Below are positions 18,445-27,923 of a stretch of 53,599 nucleotides of DNA, one piece after another. The stretch is taken from positions 1-53,599 of IMG/VR virus record IMGVR_UViG_3300044954_000264. The stretch is one strand, 5' to 3'. Source of the stretch: a virus (Duplodnaviria; Caudoviricetes). Position 1 is the first letter of the stretch. The number at the start of each line of letters is the position of its first letter. Under the pieces are notes generated by a model. The model made no database searches. It saw only the letters and a program-made list of their open reading frames with translations, and was not told the origin of the DNA. A program made the position numbers and the translations under genes.

Positions 18445-19353
18445 TCAACATGTTGCCCTAAACCAACCTTTATAAGATAATCTCTTACCTAAAATAATTT
18501 CTTGCAATTTCCAAGAATCACTTATTCCAATATGGTGAGCAAAATCCCCTAGATTAAAGATATTGGCATACATAATCCGGCCATCTGGTGAAACTAAATT
18601 TGCCGCTGTAAACAACTTGGATTTATTTTCTTTTTTGCCTTCAAAATTTTTGATTTCTTGAACAAGTTTTGTTTTTTGTCTGAAAACATCGACATTTTTT
18701 TGGTGCGTCTTTTCATAGGTTTCTCTTGTTCTACCTACCCTTAGGGCAGCCTTTACTTTTTGAACATGGAGTGGATTTTCCTGCCATCGTTTTCTAGAGC
18801 GATCAGCCGCCTCTTTTCTTTGAATTTCGTTCCCCGGTCCATTCCATCTTTTTTCAAGAGCTTTTTTCATTCTATTTGGGTCAGAAGATTCCTTTTGTCT
18901 TTTTATCATCAAGTCTCTTATTTGCGGGTCGGACCATTGTTTTTTTGTATTTTCAGAAATAAGTTTTCTGGTTTCCTCAGGATTTTTGGCAGAAAATCCT
19001 TCTCTTGAAATAGCTCTGTCGCAGAGGTTGTAGCATTGATTTCCATTGTCAAAGTGGACCTTAATCCATTTTTCTTCCATTTCAAGTCTCTGGCCTCGGG
19101 TTGAATTCGGCATGTTTTCCAGAATATGAAACTCTAGGAAATCGTCGTGGCCAAGAAATTGTCTACATTTATTGAAGTCGGCTTGTAGGAATTTGTTTTG
19201 ATGCTTGCCTTTTAAAAGTGATTTGTAATGTCCATGCTTCCATCTTATTTTGAATACTTTGCAACTGCCAATATATGTTCTCCAATTGTGATTGTTGAAG
19301 ATTATATAAATACCGCCAGAATTCGCTTGTTCATTGTAGTTGAATTGCGCCAT
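18445..19353 (-). CDS. GIY-YIG homing endonuclease
   Basis: GGIYII...YIGS; N-terminal ~120 aa closely similar to 5697..6524. Confidence 0.85.
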   Translation of the reverse strand: MAQFNYNEQANSGGIYIIFNNHNWRTYIGSCKVFKIRWKHGHYKSLLKGKHQNKFLQADFNKCRQFLGHDDFLEFHILENMPNSTRGQRLEMEEKWIKVHFDNGNQCYNLCDRAISREGFSAKNPEETRKLISENTKKQWSDPQIRDLMIKRQKESSDPNRMKKALEKRWNGPGNEIQRKEAADRSRKRWQENPLHVQKVKAALRVGRTRETYEKTHQKNVDVFRQKTKLVQEIKNFEGKKENKSKLFTAANLVSPDGRIMYANIFNLGDFAHHIGISDSWKLQEIILGKRLSYKGWFRATC

Positions 19354-19385
19354 AAAGGTAAGTATGGCGCAAGGTTACGTTTTAC

Positions 19386-20654
19386 CTACCACATTCTTAT
19401 GATGTACTCAGGCGGGACAGGCAACATTTTCATTTGTTTCATAATATTGTCCGCCTTTTCTGCCTCTTGTTCTGCAAGTTTCGAATAACTTAGTCCGTCC
19501 AATATGGCTCTAAGACCTCCTTCTCCATTTAGGAGCTTATCCATGTCCTCTCTTCCCTGAGACATAAGTTCATCGCCATTGAGTTGAAGCTCGCCGGAAG
19601 GAATTGGGAAATTCTTGAATTTGCTTCTGATTAGACCAAGAAGTTCCTTGCAAAGCGCAAGAGTGTATTCATAAATCCAATGTCTAGCCCAAGGATTTAG
19701 GGACTTGTAGTCAATTAATCCGAAGGGCACGTTTGCGGGGTTGCTGACACCAAAAATGCTGCCATCAGGGAACGTTTGGAAGACGTTTACGCTTCCAGAG
19801 GGAGTTACAGAGCTTGACAAGGAAGAGGTTATCAGCAGAGAGGGTGCAGGGGACATGGGATAAGAAAATCTTATCCACAACTTGTCATTAAAACTTGGAA
19901 CAAGGTTATTTGGCACCGGAAAGATTCTGATAAACCTACCAGCTATTTTGTAAGAGTAGTGAGAACGTCTTACCCTAGAGGCTGCCTCTAACATGCCTGC
20001 CCTAAGAACGTCCTCGAACAAAGGAAGAACATAAAACCTGGTATCGGGAATATAGGACTCAACCGGAAGACCCTGGGCTATGAAGTTGCTTGCAAGATTT
20101 GAGTTAAACACATATTGAATTGGAGCGTAGTGAAAGACCTCATGAATTTTCAACTTGCCCGTGGACCCAGACGGCATGAGGGATGCCATGGGTGTACCAG
20201 ACTCGTCCTTTAGTTCTGTATAAAGGTCATAGTCTTGCTTGCCAACAGTAAGGGTAATAGACCCAGAGTATGTATCTTGAATTCCGCCATAACCAACTTC
20301 TGCCGCATATGGTTCTGCCTGTCGAACCAGGAACTCAAGAGTAGGTCTAACGTAGGTATTTGTAAGATTTATCTGTGAGAAATTGGTCTGATTATTTAGG
20401 GAGCCGGTTGGGGACCCAAGAAGGCTAGTAAGGTTACTTTTTGCCTGATATTCTATCATAAGGGCATTAAAGGCAAGAGTAGCCTCCTCAAAACAAGCCC
20501 ATATTTCTTTTTTCGTGAGTTCTACAGACAGAACATCCTCACCAAGCTTACGGAGAACGAACACGACTACCTTGTCGGCATCAGCCTGAAAGGCTGGGTC
20601 TGCATCGAAAAACCCAAACGGGGTAGGACGCAATGTGGTCATAAACGTAGCCAT
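19386..20654 (-). CDS. Neck protein (T4 gp13-like)
   Basis: LRKLG...VELT, WIYEYTLALCKELLGLIRSKF, LNGDEL. Confidence 0.8.
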   Translation of the reverse strand: MATFMTTLRPTPFGFFDADPAFQADADKVVVFVLRKLGEDVLSVELTKKEIWACFEEATLAFNALMIEYQAKSNLTSLLGSPTGSLNNQTNFSQINLTNTYVRPTLEFLVRQAEPYAAEVGYGGIQDTYSGSITLTVGKQDYDLYTELKDESGTPMASLMPSGSTGKLKIHEVFHYAPIQYVFNSNLASNFIAQGLPVESYIPDTRFYVLPLFEDVLRAGMLEAASRVRRSHYSYKIAGRFIRIFPVPNNLVPSFNDKLWIRFSYPMSPAPSLLITSSLSSSVTPSGSVNVFQTFPDGSIFGVSNPANVPFGLIDYKSLNPWARHWIYEYTLALCKELLGLIRSKFKNFPIPSGELQLNGDELMSQGREDMDKLLNGEGGLRAILDGLSYSKLAEQEAEKADNIMKQMKMLPVPPEYIIRMW

Positions 20655-20721
20655 TTACTTATTTCCTCGGTGTGTTAGAATCTTCTACAAAGGGTAATTA
20701 GGCTAACTTTACCCGTGTGTT

Positions 20722-21264
20722 ATGAAAAACAAAAAAAAGCTTGTAATAATGGACTTTGATGACACCCTTGTTATCTCAGATGAGCACAGCATTATTATTA
20801 CACACGAGGATGGAACAATTATCGAATTAAATGGAAAGGATTGGAGTAAATACTCCCCTAAACCTGGAGATATTTATGATTTTTCCCACCTAGAGCACCT
20901 AAAAAATCCAAGGCCAATCCACAAGACTTGGAAAACTCTCCTAGACCGCCTGTACTCCCTCGGTCCAGAAAACGTCCATATCCTTACGGCGAGAAGCTCC
21001 CAGAAGCCCCTAGAAAAATACTTTAGGGACCATGGGGTACTTGTACCGGTTCACGGACTAGGAATCCCCCCAGGGCAGAATAACGGCATCCACAAGGCAA
21101 GATGGATTGAAGAACAGATTGCCAAAGGTGGATGGGATATTATTGAGTTTTTTGATGACAGAGATGATTGCGTGACCGAAGTCCTAAGGCTAAAGGAAAA
21201 ATATCAAAATATTTTATTTTTCGTGTGGCAGATAAAGGACGAGGATATGTTTTATTGCTCTTAA
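20722..21264 (+). CDS. HAD-superfamily phosphatase-like protein
   Basis: DFDDTL motif I, ILTAR motif II, K, FFDD motif IV. Confidence 0.75.
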   Translation: MKNKKKLVIMDFDDTLVISDEHSIIITHEDGTIIELNGKDWSKYSPKPGDIYDFSHLEHLKNPRPIHKTWKTLLDRLYSLGPENVHILTARSSQKPLEKYFRDHGVLVPVHGLGIPPGQNNGIHKARWIEEQIAKGGWDIIEFFDDRDDCVTEVLRLKEKYQNILFFVWQIKDEDMFYCS

Positions 21265-21276
21265 GGTCAAATAGAT

Positions 21277-22560
21277 TTAGGGAGCAGAACTCATCCCAGT
21301 CTCAGTGCTTGTGCATGGGTCAGAAATAATACCAGAAAGATCATCTACCATAGTAAGTGGATCTCTTCTAAGCGCAAACACCATTCCGCACTGGTCAAAA
21401 TCATCAAAAAATGAAGGGTTCTCAAACACGGCAAGAACTTCTCCGTGAGTTAGGGACTCGCACATGGTTGTTTCTGTATTTCTCGGACTAGAATAACTCT
21501 GGGCGTATTCATCCGAAAATAGAATAATAATTCTGATGGTGTTCCTACGCCATCCAATCGCTAGGTCGCCTGTTCCAAGCATTGTAACGGCATCATAGCT
21601 TGGCTCGTCGCCACCCCCGGTGGTGGTAACCATAGCTAGGGCAGTTTCAAAAACTGCAAAAGGAGACAATGGCAAAAATACCTCCGGGTATCCATCCCTC
21701 GTCTCAGAAGGAAACAATACAATTCCAAATTTAAAACCCGGATCTGACCTATAAAGTTCACTAAACATATCCACCGCATCTCTTACGGCATTTATTGCTC
21801 CAAGCATGGAACCAGAAACGTCTATAGCAAACACAACGTCATAACCAGAAACAAGGTGTTCAGCACATTCTCCAGAACTTGTTAGGTAACCGTCTACACA
21901 CCCATCGCAATCATTATCTTCCCCGTCGCAAGCAAGAAGACCGACTTCTGGAATTGGCTGTACTCCTCCTACACACTCTTCCCACAAACCCATGTTACAC
22001 ACCTGTACTCCTCTCTCACACGGAGGAAAAAGCTCAGAAGTGGAGGCTGGGGTAAAGTCATCCCAACACCACCTAGAAATAGGACTGTCAACTGTCCCGT
22101 CGATGACTCCATCGCAATCATTATCTACGGAGTCACAAACTTCTGGAACGCACCTCACAAAAGAGCAATGCCCACGGAGACAGGCATATCCTGCAGCACA
22201 CTCGTCGTCAAACTCGCACACTTCCCCAAGCGGGTCGGATTCATGACAGGAATTAAATCTACACTCCTCCGTTGGGCCACACGAGTCCTCAAGGCCACAC
22301 ATACAAGTGCCAAAAACACACCTGTCGGTCACCACAGAGTCACACACGTTGTCACACATCCCGCAGTTAAAGAAATCAGAGTCGGTCCCGTCGTCTTCCA
22401 TGTCACAGGGGTGGATTTCTACATCCGAGAAAACAATAGGACCAGCGTCAGATGGAGTCCAGGGTACCGGCGGAGAGTTGCGAACTATACAGCCGCTTAC
22501 TGCGGCAACAAGAAGACCAAAAACAAACAAAAACCCTAGCTTCTCTACCTTTTTTAGCAT
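21277..22560 (-). CDS. Lipoprotein with Cys-rich DNDCDG repeats and C-terminal vWA domain
   Basis: Signal peptide ending VSGC; EVCDSVDNDCDG and CDGEDNDCDG; MIDAS DVSGSM, GGDEP, ILFSDE. Confidence 0.8.
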   Translation of the reverse strand: MLKKVEKLGFLFVFGLLVAAVSGCIVRNSPPVPWTPSDAGPIVFSDVEIHPCDMEDDGTDSDFFNCGMCDNVCDSVVTDRCVFGTCMCGLEDSCGPTEECRFNSCHESDPLGEVCEFDDECAAGYACLRGHCSFVRCVPEVCDSVDNDCDGVIDGTVDSPISRWCWDDFTPASTSELFPPCERGVQVCNMGLWEECVGGVQPIPEVGLLACDGEDNDCDGCVDGYLTSSGECAEHLVSGYDVVFAIDVSGSMLGAINAVRDAVDMFSELYRSDPGFKFGIVLFPSETRDGYPEVFLPLSPFAVFETALAMVTTTGGGDEPSYDAVTMLGTGDLAIGWRRNTIRIIILFSDEYAQSYSSPRNTETTMCESLTHGEVLAVFENPSFFDDFDQCGMVFALRRDPLTMVDDLSGIISDPCTSTETGMSSAP

Positions 22561-22607
22561 TTATTACCCCATAACCTATAACTATGTGGGTAATATTTTT
22601 GTTTATT

Positions 22608-23399
22608 TTACTCTTCCAGAACTTTTAGATATTTGTTGATATAATCCCGGTTTTCTGAAAAAATCGGGATTTCATTGTCAACTGTCCACCTAGACCTGAG
22701 GACTCCCGTTTCATTTCCGGCAATAGAAACCGTATAGGTTTCCTTGAAAATAACCCGCCCTCTCCTATGTTGGGTAGGAATGTTGTTCCAGTTCTTATCT
22801 TTTTGGAAGCACATTTCTTGAAGCTCTGAGCTATTTTTGTTGTTACACTCCTTGTGGGAGTACAGGGACCTAGCAAGCATCTGGATGCTGTTTCTGGAAC
22901 AGTCCTGTTGCCTCCACAAAAAATAGTTGCAGACCTCGGACTCCGGGAGAACAAATACCCTGGAGTCAAAATAGGCCGGACGTATAGCATCCAAGTCAGA
23001 GTCTCCGGACTCAAGAAACCTACCAAAAATGTTTGGGGATTCCTTTGTCATGGTAGCAGCGGCGATCGAGGCGCTCACCGAAACCATCTTCTGGATTTCA
23101 TTGTCAAACCATGCGCAGGAGTTAAATTTTTTGTATCCGTGGATGAAAATAGAAATTTCATCCGACTGCACGTAGGCCATTTGTGCTCCCTGAATATTGG
23201 AACACAGAGCAATGGCTACATTATTCATGGCCTCGATGAGGGAGTCATCAAATGGCCGAGAACAGTTTTTTGTATAGGTATGGAAAGCCTTGCCGTCTAC
23301 ACGGAGAATAACCGGCATACGAATAGGAAGTTGTCCTTTGAAGGCACCTTCATACATTTTCATGCGGTCACCGAGAGAATCATTACTTGAAATGGTCAT
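22608..23399 (-). CDS. thg1: tRNA(His) guanylyltransferase Thg1-like protein
   Basis: RVDGKAFH, YVQSDEIS, FDSRVF, YFLWRQQDCSRNS; start moved to ATG at 23399 below a promoter. Confidence 0.92.
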   Translation of the reverse strand: MTISSNDSLGDRMKMYEGAFKGQLPIRMPVILRVDGKAFHTYTKNCSRPFDDSLIEAMNNVAIALCSNIQGAQMAYVQSDEISIFIHGYKKFNSCAWFDNEIQKMVSVSASIAAATMTKESPNIFGRFLESGDSDLDAIRPAYFDSRVFVLPESEVCNYFLWRQQDCSRNSIQMLARSLYSHKECNNKNSSELQEMCFQKDKNWNNIPTQHRRGRVIFKETYTVSIAGNETGVLRSRWTVDNEIPIFSENRDYINKYLKVLEE

Positions 23400-23406
23400 G
23401 CAAAGT

Positions 23407-23435
23407 ACTCTATCAGAGACCAATTTTAAAGTCAA
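23407..23435 (-). promoter_or_regulatory. Sigma70-like promoter for thg1, probably leaderless
   Basis: TTGACT-N17-TAGAGT, ATG 7 nt downstream of the -10. Confidence 0.6.
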
Positions 23436-23458
23436 CACTCTCTCTTCTCTAACGGCGT

Positions 23459-24274
23459 TTATTTATTTTTATTCTTTTTTTTCTTCTCGATTTTCACCTT
23501 ACCAACGACCTTGGCATAGGGAGAATAAAAAACGGTAGTACCTGGGTCATCATTAACAATAGAAATCGGCCCCTGAGGTTCAACCTGATATACGGTAGGA
23601 GTTCCCCCGCCAAAGGACTGCACAGCCCTACCAGCATAAATAAGGGCGCTCCTTGGGTCCTTGGTAAAAAATACCTTGTCCAGGTTTACCTTTCTACCTT
23701 TTTCTGACACCCGTCCGGTTTTACTAGGTGGCAAAACAAGACTTCCGGGTTTTAGGTCACCAAGATTAGTTCCATGATAGTACTTTTCTTGTGTTTCTTT
23801 TTCTTTTGGGGAGTCATCAACAAATTGCTCTAGGCTTTCAGAAAAATAAGGGGAGGACATGTCTGGGTCTCCATAGGAATATCTCCTAAAGTCCCTGAAT
23901 GGGTCCGGTTTCCTTGGCGCGTCTTTCTTGGAGCGGAGATATTTCGCAAGACCTCTTCTGTAGGCAGTTCCAAATGGAATATATTTCATCCACCTTGTCC
24001 AGAAATCAAGCTTTTCCATGTCACTTCTGGAAAGAGTTGCCCTGCCTTTTCTCCTGGTGAGAAGTTTTGCAATAAGGGCGTCAACTTGTTTTTCCTGGGC
24101 GGCGGTTATTTCTGGGTCCTGGTTAACATCCTTGAGTTTTCTTTTGGCCTTCCTCAGGGTGCCGACAAGGGGATTCTCTAGATTGGGGTCTCCGTCCACA
24201 ACCTGTGAAACCTCCTCAGAAATTACCTTAGTGGTAATTTCCTCAATCAAACTATGTAAAACTCCGTAGATCAT
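23459..24274 (-). CDS. ADP-ribosyltransferase (Arr-like C-terminal domain)
   Basis: YYHGT...LKPG, VFFT, VYQVEPQG; N-terminal LHSLIEE motif. Confidence 0.7.
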   Translation of the reverse strand: MIYGVLHSLIEEITTKVISEEVSQVVDGDPNLENPLVGTLRKAKRKLKDVNQDPEITAAQEKQVDALIAKLLTRRKGRATLSRSDMEKLDFWTRWMKYIPFGTAYRRGLAKYLRSKKDAPRKPDPFRDFRRYSYGDPDMSSPYFSESLEQFVDDSPKEKETQEKYYHGTNLGDLKPGSLVLPPSKTGRVSEKGRKVNLDKVFFTKDPRSALIYAGRAVQSFGGGTPTVYQVEPQGPISIVNDDPGTTVFYSPYAKVVGKVKIEKKKKNKNK

Positions 24275-24283
24275 TCATGTTTC

Positions 24284-24643
24284 TCAAAATGCTGCATCTT
24301 CGGCAGGGTCATATTCTCTTAGCAGATATTTTATAACCGCATTTCCTCCATCGACAAAGAAGGTACCAAAGTCGTCGATAACATATGGTTCAATATCCAT
24401 GGCGGATCTTATCGAATCTATCAATGAATCCTGGAACTCATTTTGCAATACCGAAATATCTTTATTCCAATTTGGAATGGTTATTCTTAATTCTTCTGGG
24501 GTATAAAAAACTGAAGGACGGCCAGGAATATTATGTTCCTGCATAAATTCTTGCAAAACTTCCAGGATGCCAACAGGGACATCTCTTCCTGCTATCGCCT
24601 CATAAACGATTTCCTCAATCAAAGCCTGTAAAGTATTTTTCAT
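24284..24643 (-). CDS. Hypothetical protein
   Basis: 119 aa; N-terminal LQALIEEIVYE. Confidence 0.6.
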   Translation of the reverse strand: MKNTLQALIEEIVYEAIAGRDVPVGILEVLQEFMQEHNIPGRPSVFYTPEELRITIPNWNKDISVLQNEFQDSLIDSIRSAMDIEPYVIDDFGTFFVDGGNAVIKYLLREYDPAEDAAF

Positions 24644-24649
24644 CTGCTT

Positions 24650-25816
24650 TTACCTATCAAATTCTTTTGCGGCAAGGAATGCCCAGTGATCGGCATCCTC
24701 GTGACTCAATCCCCATTTTGCCTCAAGGGCACCAGAAATATCCTCGAATGACGGATTCTCTGATCCGGTGATGTCTTGCAACATTTTCCAAAACTCTGGC
24801 GACTGTGCCGTTACAGCCTTTTGTTGTGGATCAAAAGCATATAAGTCTTGAAACTTCGTTGGATTTGGCGTTACGTCAGACAACCTTGTCGTCATGGACG
24901 GGTCTTCTTCAGAATATCTAAGGGTTTTGGCTTCATTTTTACTGCCATGCTTCTTCCATGCAGTCGCATAAAGAACTTCCATGCCCTTCTCCTTGCCATA
25001 CTGCTTGATAAACTTTTGTTTATTTGCGTTTATCCACTTCTCAATTTCTGGATCTGGTGGAGCCTTTTCATATACCATGCCCTCTACCCTGACTCCGGTG
25101 CTTGCGTGAGCACGAGACTTTATTACTCCAGACATGAGTTCCATTGCCCGCCTGATGGCAGATTCGTCTTCGGAAGACAGATCCTCTGCGGCCATCATTT
25201 CCTCAATACTATTGAGAAGGTCCACAATTTCCTTTGTGCCCATGTTTCCCTTTGGAGGGCTTACAATAGGATTTTTTGGCATAGGAACAACCACCTTAGG
25301 CTTATTTGATGCGGTTTTTCCTTTTCTATTTAGCATGGTATCCTCAACGACCCTGCCAACAAGATATTTTATGTTTTCCATATAGGCTTCTTGTTGAGGA
25401 GCAACCCCACCAGCGAGTTGCTGATTTCCTCTTTGAATGGCCATGGCAATTTTCTGCCTTTTTTGTGGATCCGTCTCCCTTACGAGCATAGTTTGAAGCT
25501 GGGAAAGTTTTTGGGCAATCTCCGAAGAGGAAAGTGCCTCATCCAGCGAAAACGGATTATCTTTCCCTTCCCCAATCGCCCCAAGCGCCCCAGGGGGAAT
25601 TGGAGGAGCCATACCCTGGGGTCTACCACTGGCAAGCTGTTTAAGGGCTTTTTGTTTCTCTCTTTCCAGCTTTTGCCTTTTAGCGGGATCTTTTTCTACC
25701 TGTAGTCTGGCATGGATATCTCTCAGAGTACCTCCAAGGTCTTCTTCCATGGCTACATTTTCTGCTACTTTTTTAATTGCCTTTTCCAACAATTCAAGGG
25801 AAACCTTTTTGGTCAT
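24650..25816 (-). CDS. Hypothetical modular protein, candidate internal head protein
   Basis: 388 aa; internal repeat EKDPAKRQKL / ETDPQKRQKI; FIKQYGKEKG...LYATAWK module. Confidence 0.6.
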   Translation of the reverse strand: MTKKVSLELLEKAIKKVAENVAMEEDLGGTLRDIHARLQVEKDPAKRQKLEREKQKALKQLASGRPQGMAPPIPPGALGAIGEGKDNPFSLDEALSSSEIAQKLSQLQTMLVRETDPQKRQKIAMAIQRGNQQLAGGVAPQQEAYMENIKYLVGRVVEDTMLNRKGKTASNKPKVVVPMPKNPIVSPPKGNMGTKEIVDLLNSIEEMMAAEDLSSEDESAIRRAMELMSGVIKSRAHASTGVRVEGMVYEKAPPDPEIEKWINANKQKFIKQYGKEKGMEVLYATAWKKHGSKNEAKTLRYSEEDPSMTTRLSDVTPNPTKFQDLYAFDPQQKAVTAQSPEFWKMLQDITGSENPSFEDISGALEAKWGLSHEDADHWAFLAAKEFDR

Positions 25817-25874
25817 AATTGCGAATACCTCATGTCTAAATAGAGGAAATGTAAGGTGATATCAAACATAAAAG

Positions 25875-25913
25875 ACAAAAAGAAAAGCCCAAGTTTTTAG
25901 GCTCGGGCTTTTC
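25875..25913 (-). terminator. Intrinsic terminator after major capsid gene
   Basis: AAAAGCCCGAG-loop-CTTGGGCTTTT followed by CTTTTTG on the minus strand. Confidence 0.75.
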
Positions 25914-25955
25914 AGTGTCATTTTGTTCGAGCCGCTTTTCAGCAGCAAACAGAAA

Positions 25956-27881
25956 TTATATAAGGTTCATGTCTAGCACTGTAACAGTGGCGTAGAAATC
26001 AGCTCTAACCATCTTTTTGCCGTAACGGGTCATTATTCCCTTACGTGGAGTGAAATCCTCCTGAGCATAAATCACAGGCGTAAGGATTAGAGGCACGTAT
26101 GGGGCATAGATATAGCCGCTCTCAAGGAAGGTGTTACCCTTTAGACCGATGAGGATACGGTTCTGTGGGAAGTATGGATCCTTGTAAACAGTGTATCTGT
26201 TGTTAAGGGTACCAACGCTCTCAGCGCCGATCGTCATATTGTCGCTTACCTGGCCGTCCGTGTCGATCTTGTAAGAGGACTTGTAGGTGGTAAGGTGCTC
26301 AAGGATGGTGCATACGTCTGGGGACGTTACGATGAAGTTTGCACTTCCGCGAAGCGTCTTTCTGGCGATGGTATTTGCAGCGTCCGTGATCGTCTCAAGG
26401 AGCGTCTGGTACCAGTCCTGAATATTGACATAAGCCATTGGACCTGGGGCAAGGGCAGAACTCTGGAGAGCCTCTGCGCCTGTCTGCTTATTGACAATCT
26501 TACCAGGTGCTCTGGACCAGAAGAGGTTTGCAGCATTTGCCTGAGTAAGGAGGTCGTTAAGGATTTCCCTGTCGATATCGAGAGTAATGTGCTCGCTAAG
26601 GATGTTTGTAAGCTCTACCTCTACGTCGATATTGTAGAAGGCCGTGAGATCCTGGGCCATTTCTGGCGACCATCTTGCACGCAACTTACGGGTTGTGGCG
26701 GTGACTGCAACCGACTCAATCTTGATGTCAATCTCTGGGATGACAGGCGAAGGTGGGTTGATTGCGAAGTCAGACTCGAACGATGGGATCGTAAGAGTAG
26801 AGCCGTCCGAGTTAACAGAAAGAGCATCCGAGATAGCAGCAGAAGCCGTTACCTTTGTGGTTGCCGTGGCGTTAGGCTGTGGGGCCGTACCACCATTTGC
26901 AAGACGAACCACAAACTGTACGTGGGTACCACCGATTGGATCTGGGGTGAAAAGACCGGTTGTTGGATCCCAGTTACCGCGCTTATTCAGCTTGCGGAGA
27001 TTGAGAACTCCGGTACCACCCTGGTACTGGTCTCCCCAGGCTGTTGCAGAACCGACTGCCGAACCGAAGCCAGTTACCGTAACCTGCTCAAGGGACTGGA
27101 GGTCTGCACCACCAATTTTGGAAGTAAGCTCGGAAGCTGACATGTGGAGGAATACGAAGTCAAGTCTGTTGTCCGCAAGGTCAGTCTCGATTTTGCTGTC
27201 GAAGAGAGCAAATCTAGCATTAAACCCGGTGAACTGTGCGGAGGTACCTACCGTTGCGGTCGTACCAGTCGTCCAGATAGAACCCGAGGCCCAGTAACCA
27301 ACAGAGTCGGTTGTGGCATCAAGGTTAAGGGACTGCTTGTGAACCTTGGTAAAACCAGAACCCACAAGGTCATACTGACCACCGGTTGCAAAAGAGCCAG
27401 AACGGATTCTAGCACCAACTGGGTTATTGTAGATGGAGTCACCCTTCGTGTAGGTCTCGTTAGCGGAGGAAGATGAGAGGTTTACGCCTGCATCGCCACC
27501 CACGTTGGAGCCGTACATGTAATCAAGATAGAACAAAAGGCCAGACGGAAGGCTCATTGGCTGAACGGATACGATCTCGTTTGCAATAAGACCTGCGAAA
27601 ACCCTACGAACGATTGGGAATGCAACGTTCGTAAATCCAGCTACCTGGCCAGAGGACACAAGATTTGCGCCACCGGTAGAAAGGGCATTGGACTCACGAA
27701 GAAGCTCGGCTGCCTGGTTCTCAAGGAGACGCGACATAGAGTCACGGGTTGCTCCTTTTAGACCCTCAAGCAATCCGGTCTTGCCCCACTTATCGTTGAT
27801 ACGGGGCATGTCAGCGCCGAGAGACTTTCTCGAAACGCCTTCTGCAAGCTGTGCTAGCGAAAATGATTTAAGAGACGACAT
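25956..27881 (-). CDS. Major capsid protein (T4 gp23-like)
   Basis: LLENQA, FPIVRRVF, SVQPMSLPSGLLFYLD, TRKLRARWSPE, YIYAPYVPL, FTPRKGIMTRYG. Confidence 0.96.
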   Translation of the reverse strand: MSSLKSFSLAQLAEGVSRKSLGADMPRINDKWGKTGLLEGLKGATRDSMSRLLENQAAELLRESNALSTGGANLVSSGQVAGFTNVAFPIVRRVFAGLIANEIVSVQPMSLPSGLLFYLDYMYGSNVGGDAGVNLSSSSANETYTKGDSIYNNPVGARIRSGSFATGGQYDLVGSGFTKVHKQSLNLDATTDSVGYWASGSIWTTGTTATVGTSAQFTGFNARFALFDSKIETDLADNRLDFVFLHMSASELTSKIGGADLQSLEQVTVTGFGSAVGSATAWGDQYQGGTGVLNLRKLNKRGNWDPTTGLFTPDPIGGTHVQFVVRLANGGTAPQPNATATTKVTASAAISDALSVNSDGSTLTIPSFESDFAINPPSPVIPEIDIKIESVAVTATTRKLRARWSPEMAQDLTAFYNIDVEVELTNILSEHITLDIDREILNDLLTQANAANLFWSRAPGKIVNKQTGAEALQSSALAPGPMAYVNIQDWYQTLLETITDAANTIARKTLRGSANFIVTSPDVCTILEHLTTYKSSYKIDTDGQVSDNMTIGAESVGTLNNRYTVYKDPYFPQNRILIGLKGNTFLESGYIYAPYVPLILTPVIYAQEDFTPRKGIMTRYGKKMVRADFYATVTVLDMNLI

Positions 27882-27923
27882 ATTTGTTTTTTCCTTTTAT
27901 ATCAGGTTACTATTGTGTAAATA

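Noticed and set aside
23459-24274. Rifampicin-resistance gene (arr)
   Set aside because: Only the fold motifs match; long unrelated N-terminus and virion-module context argue against assigning resistance
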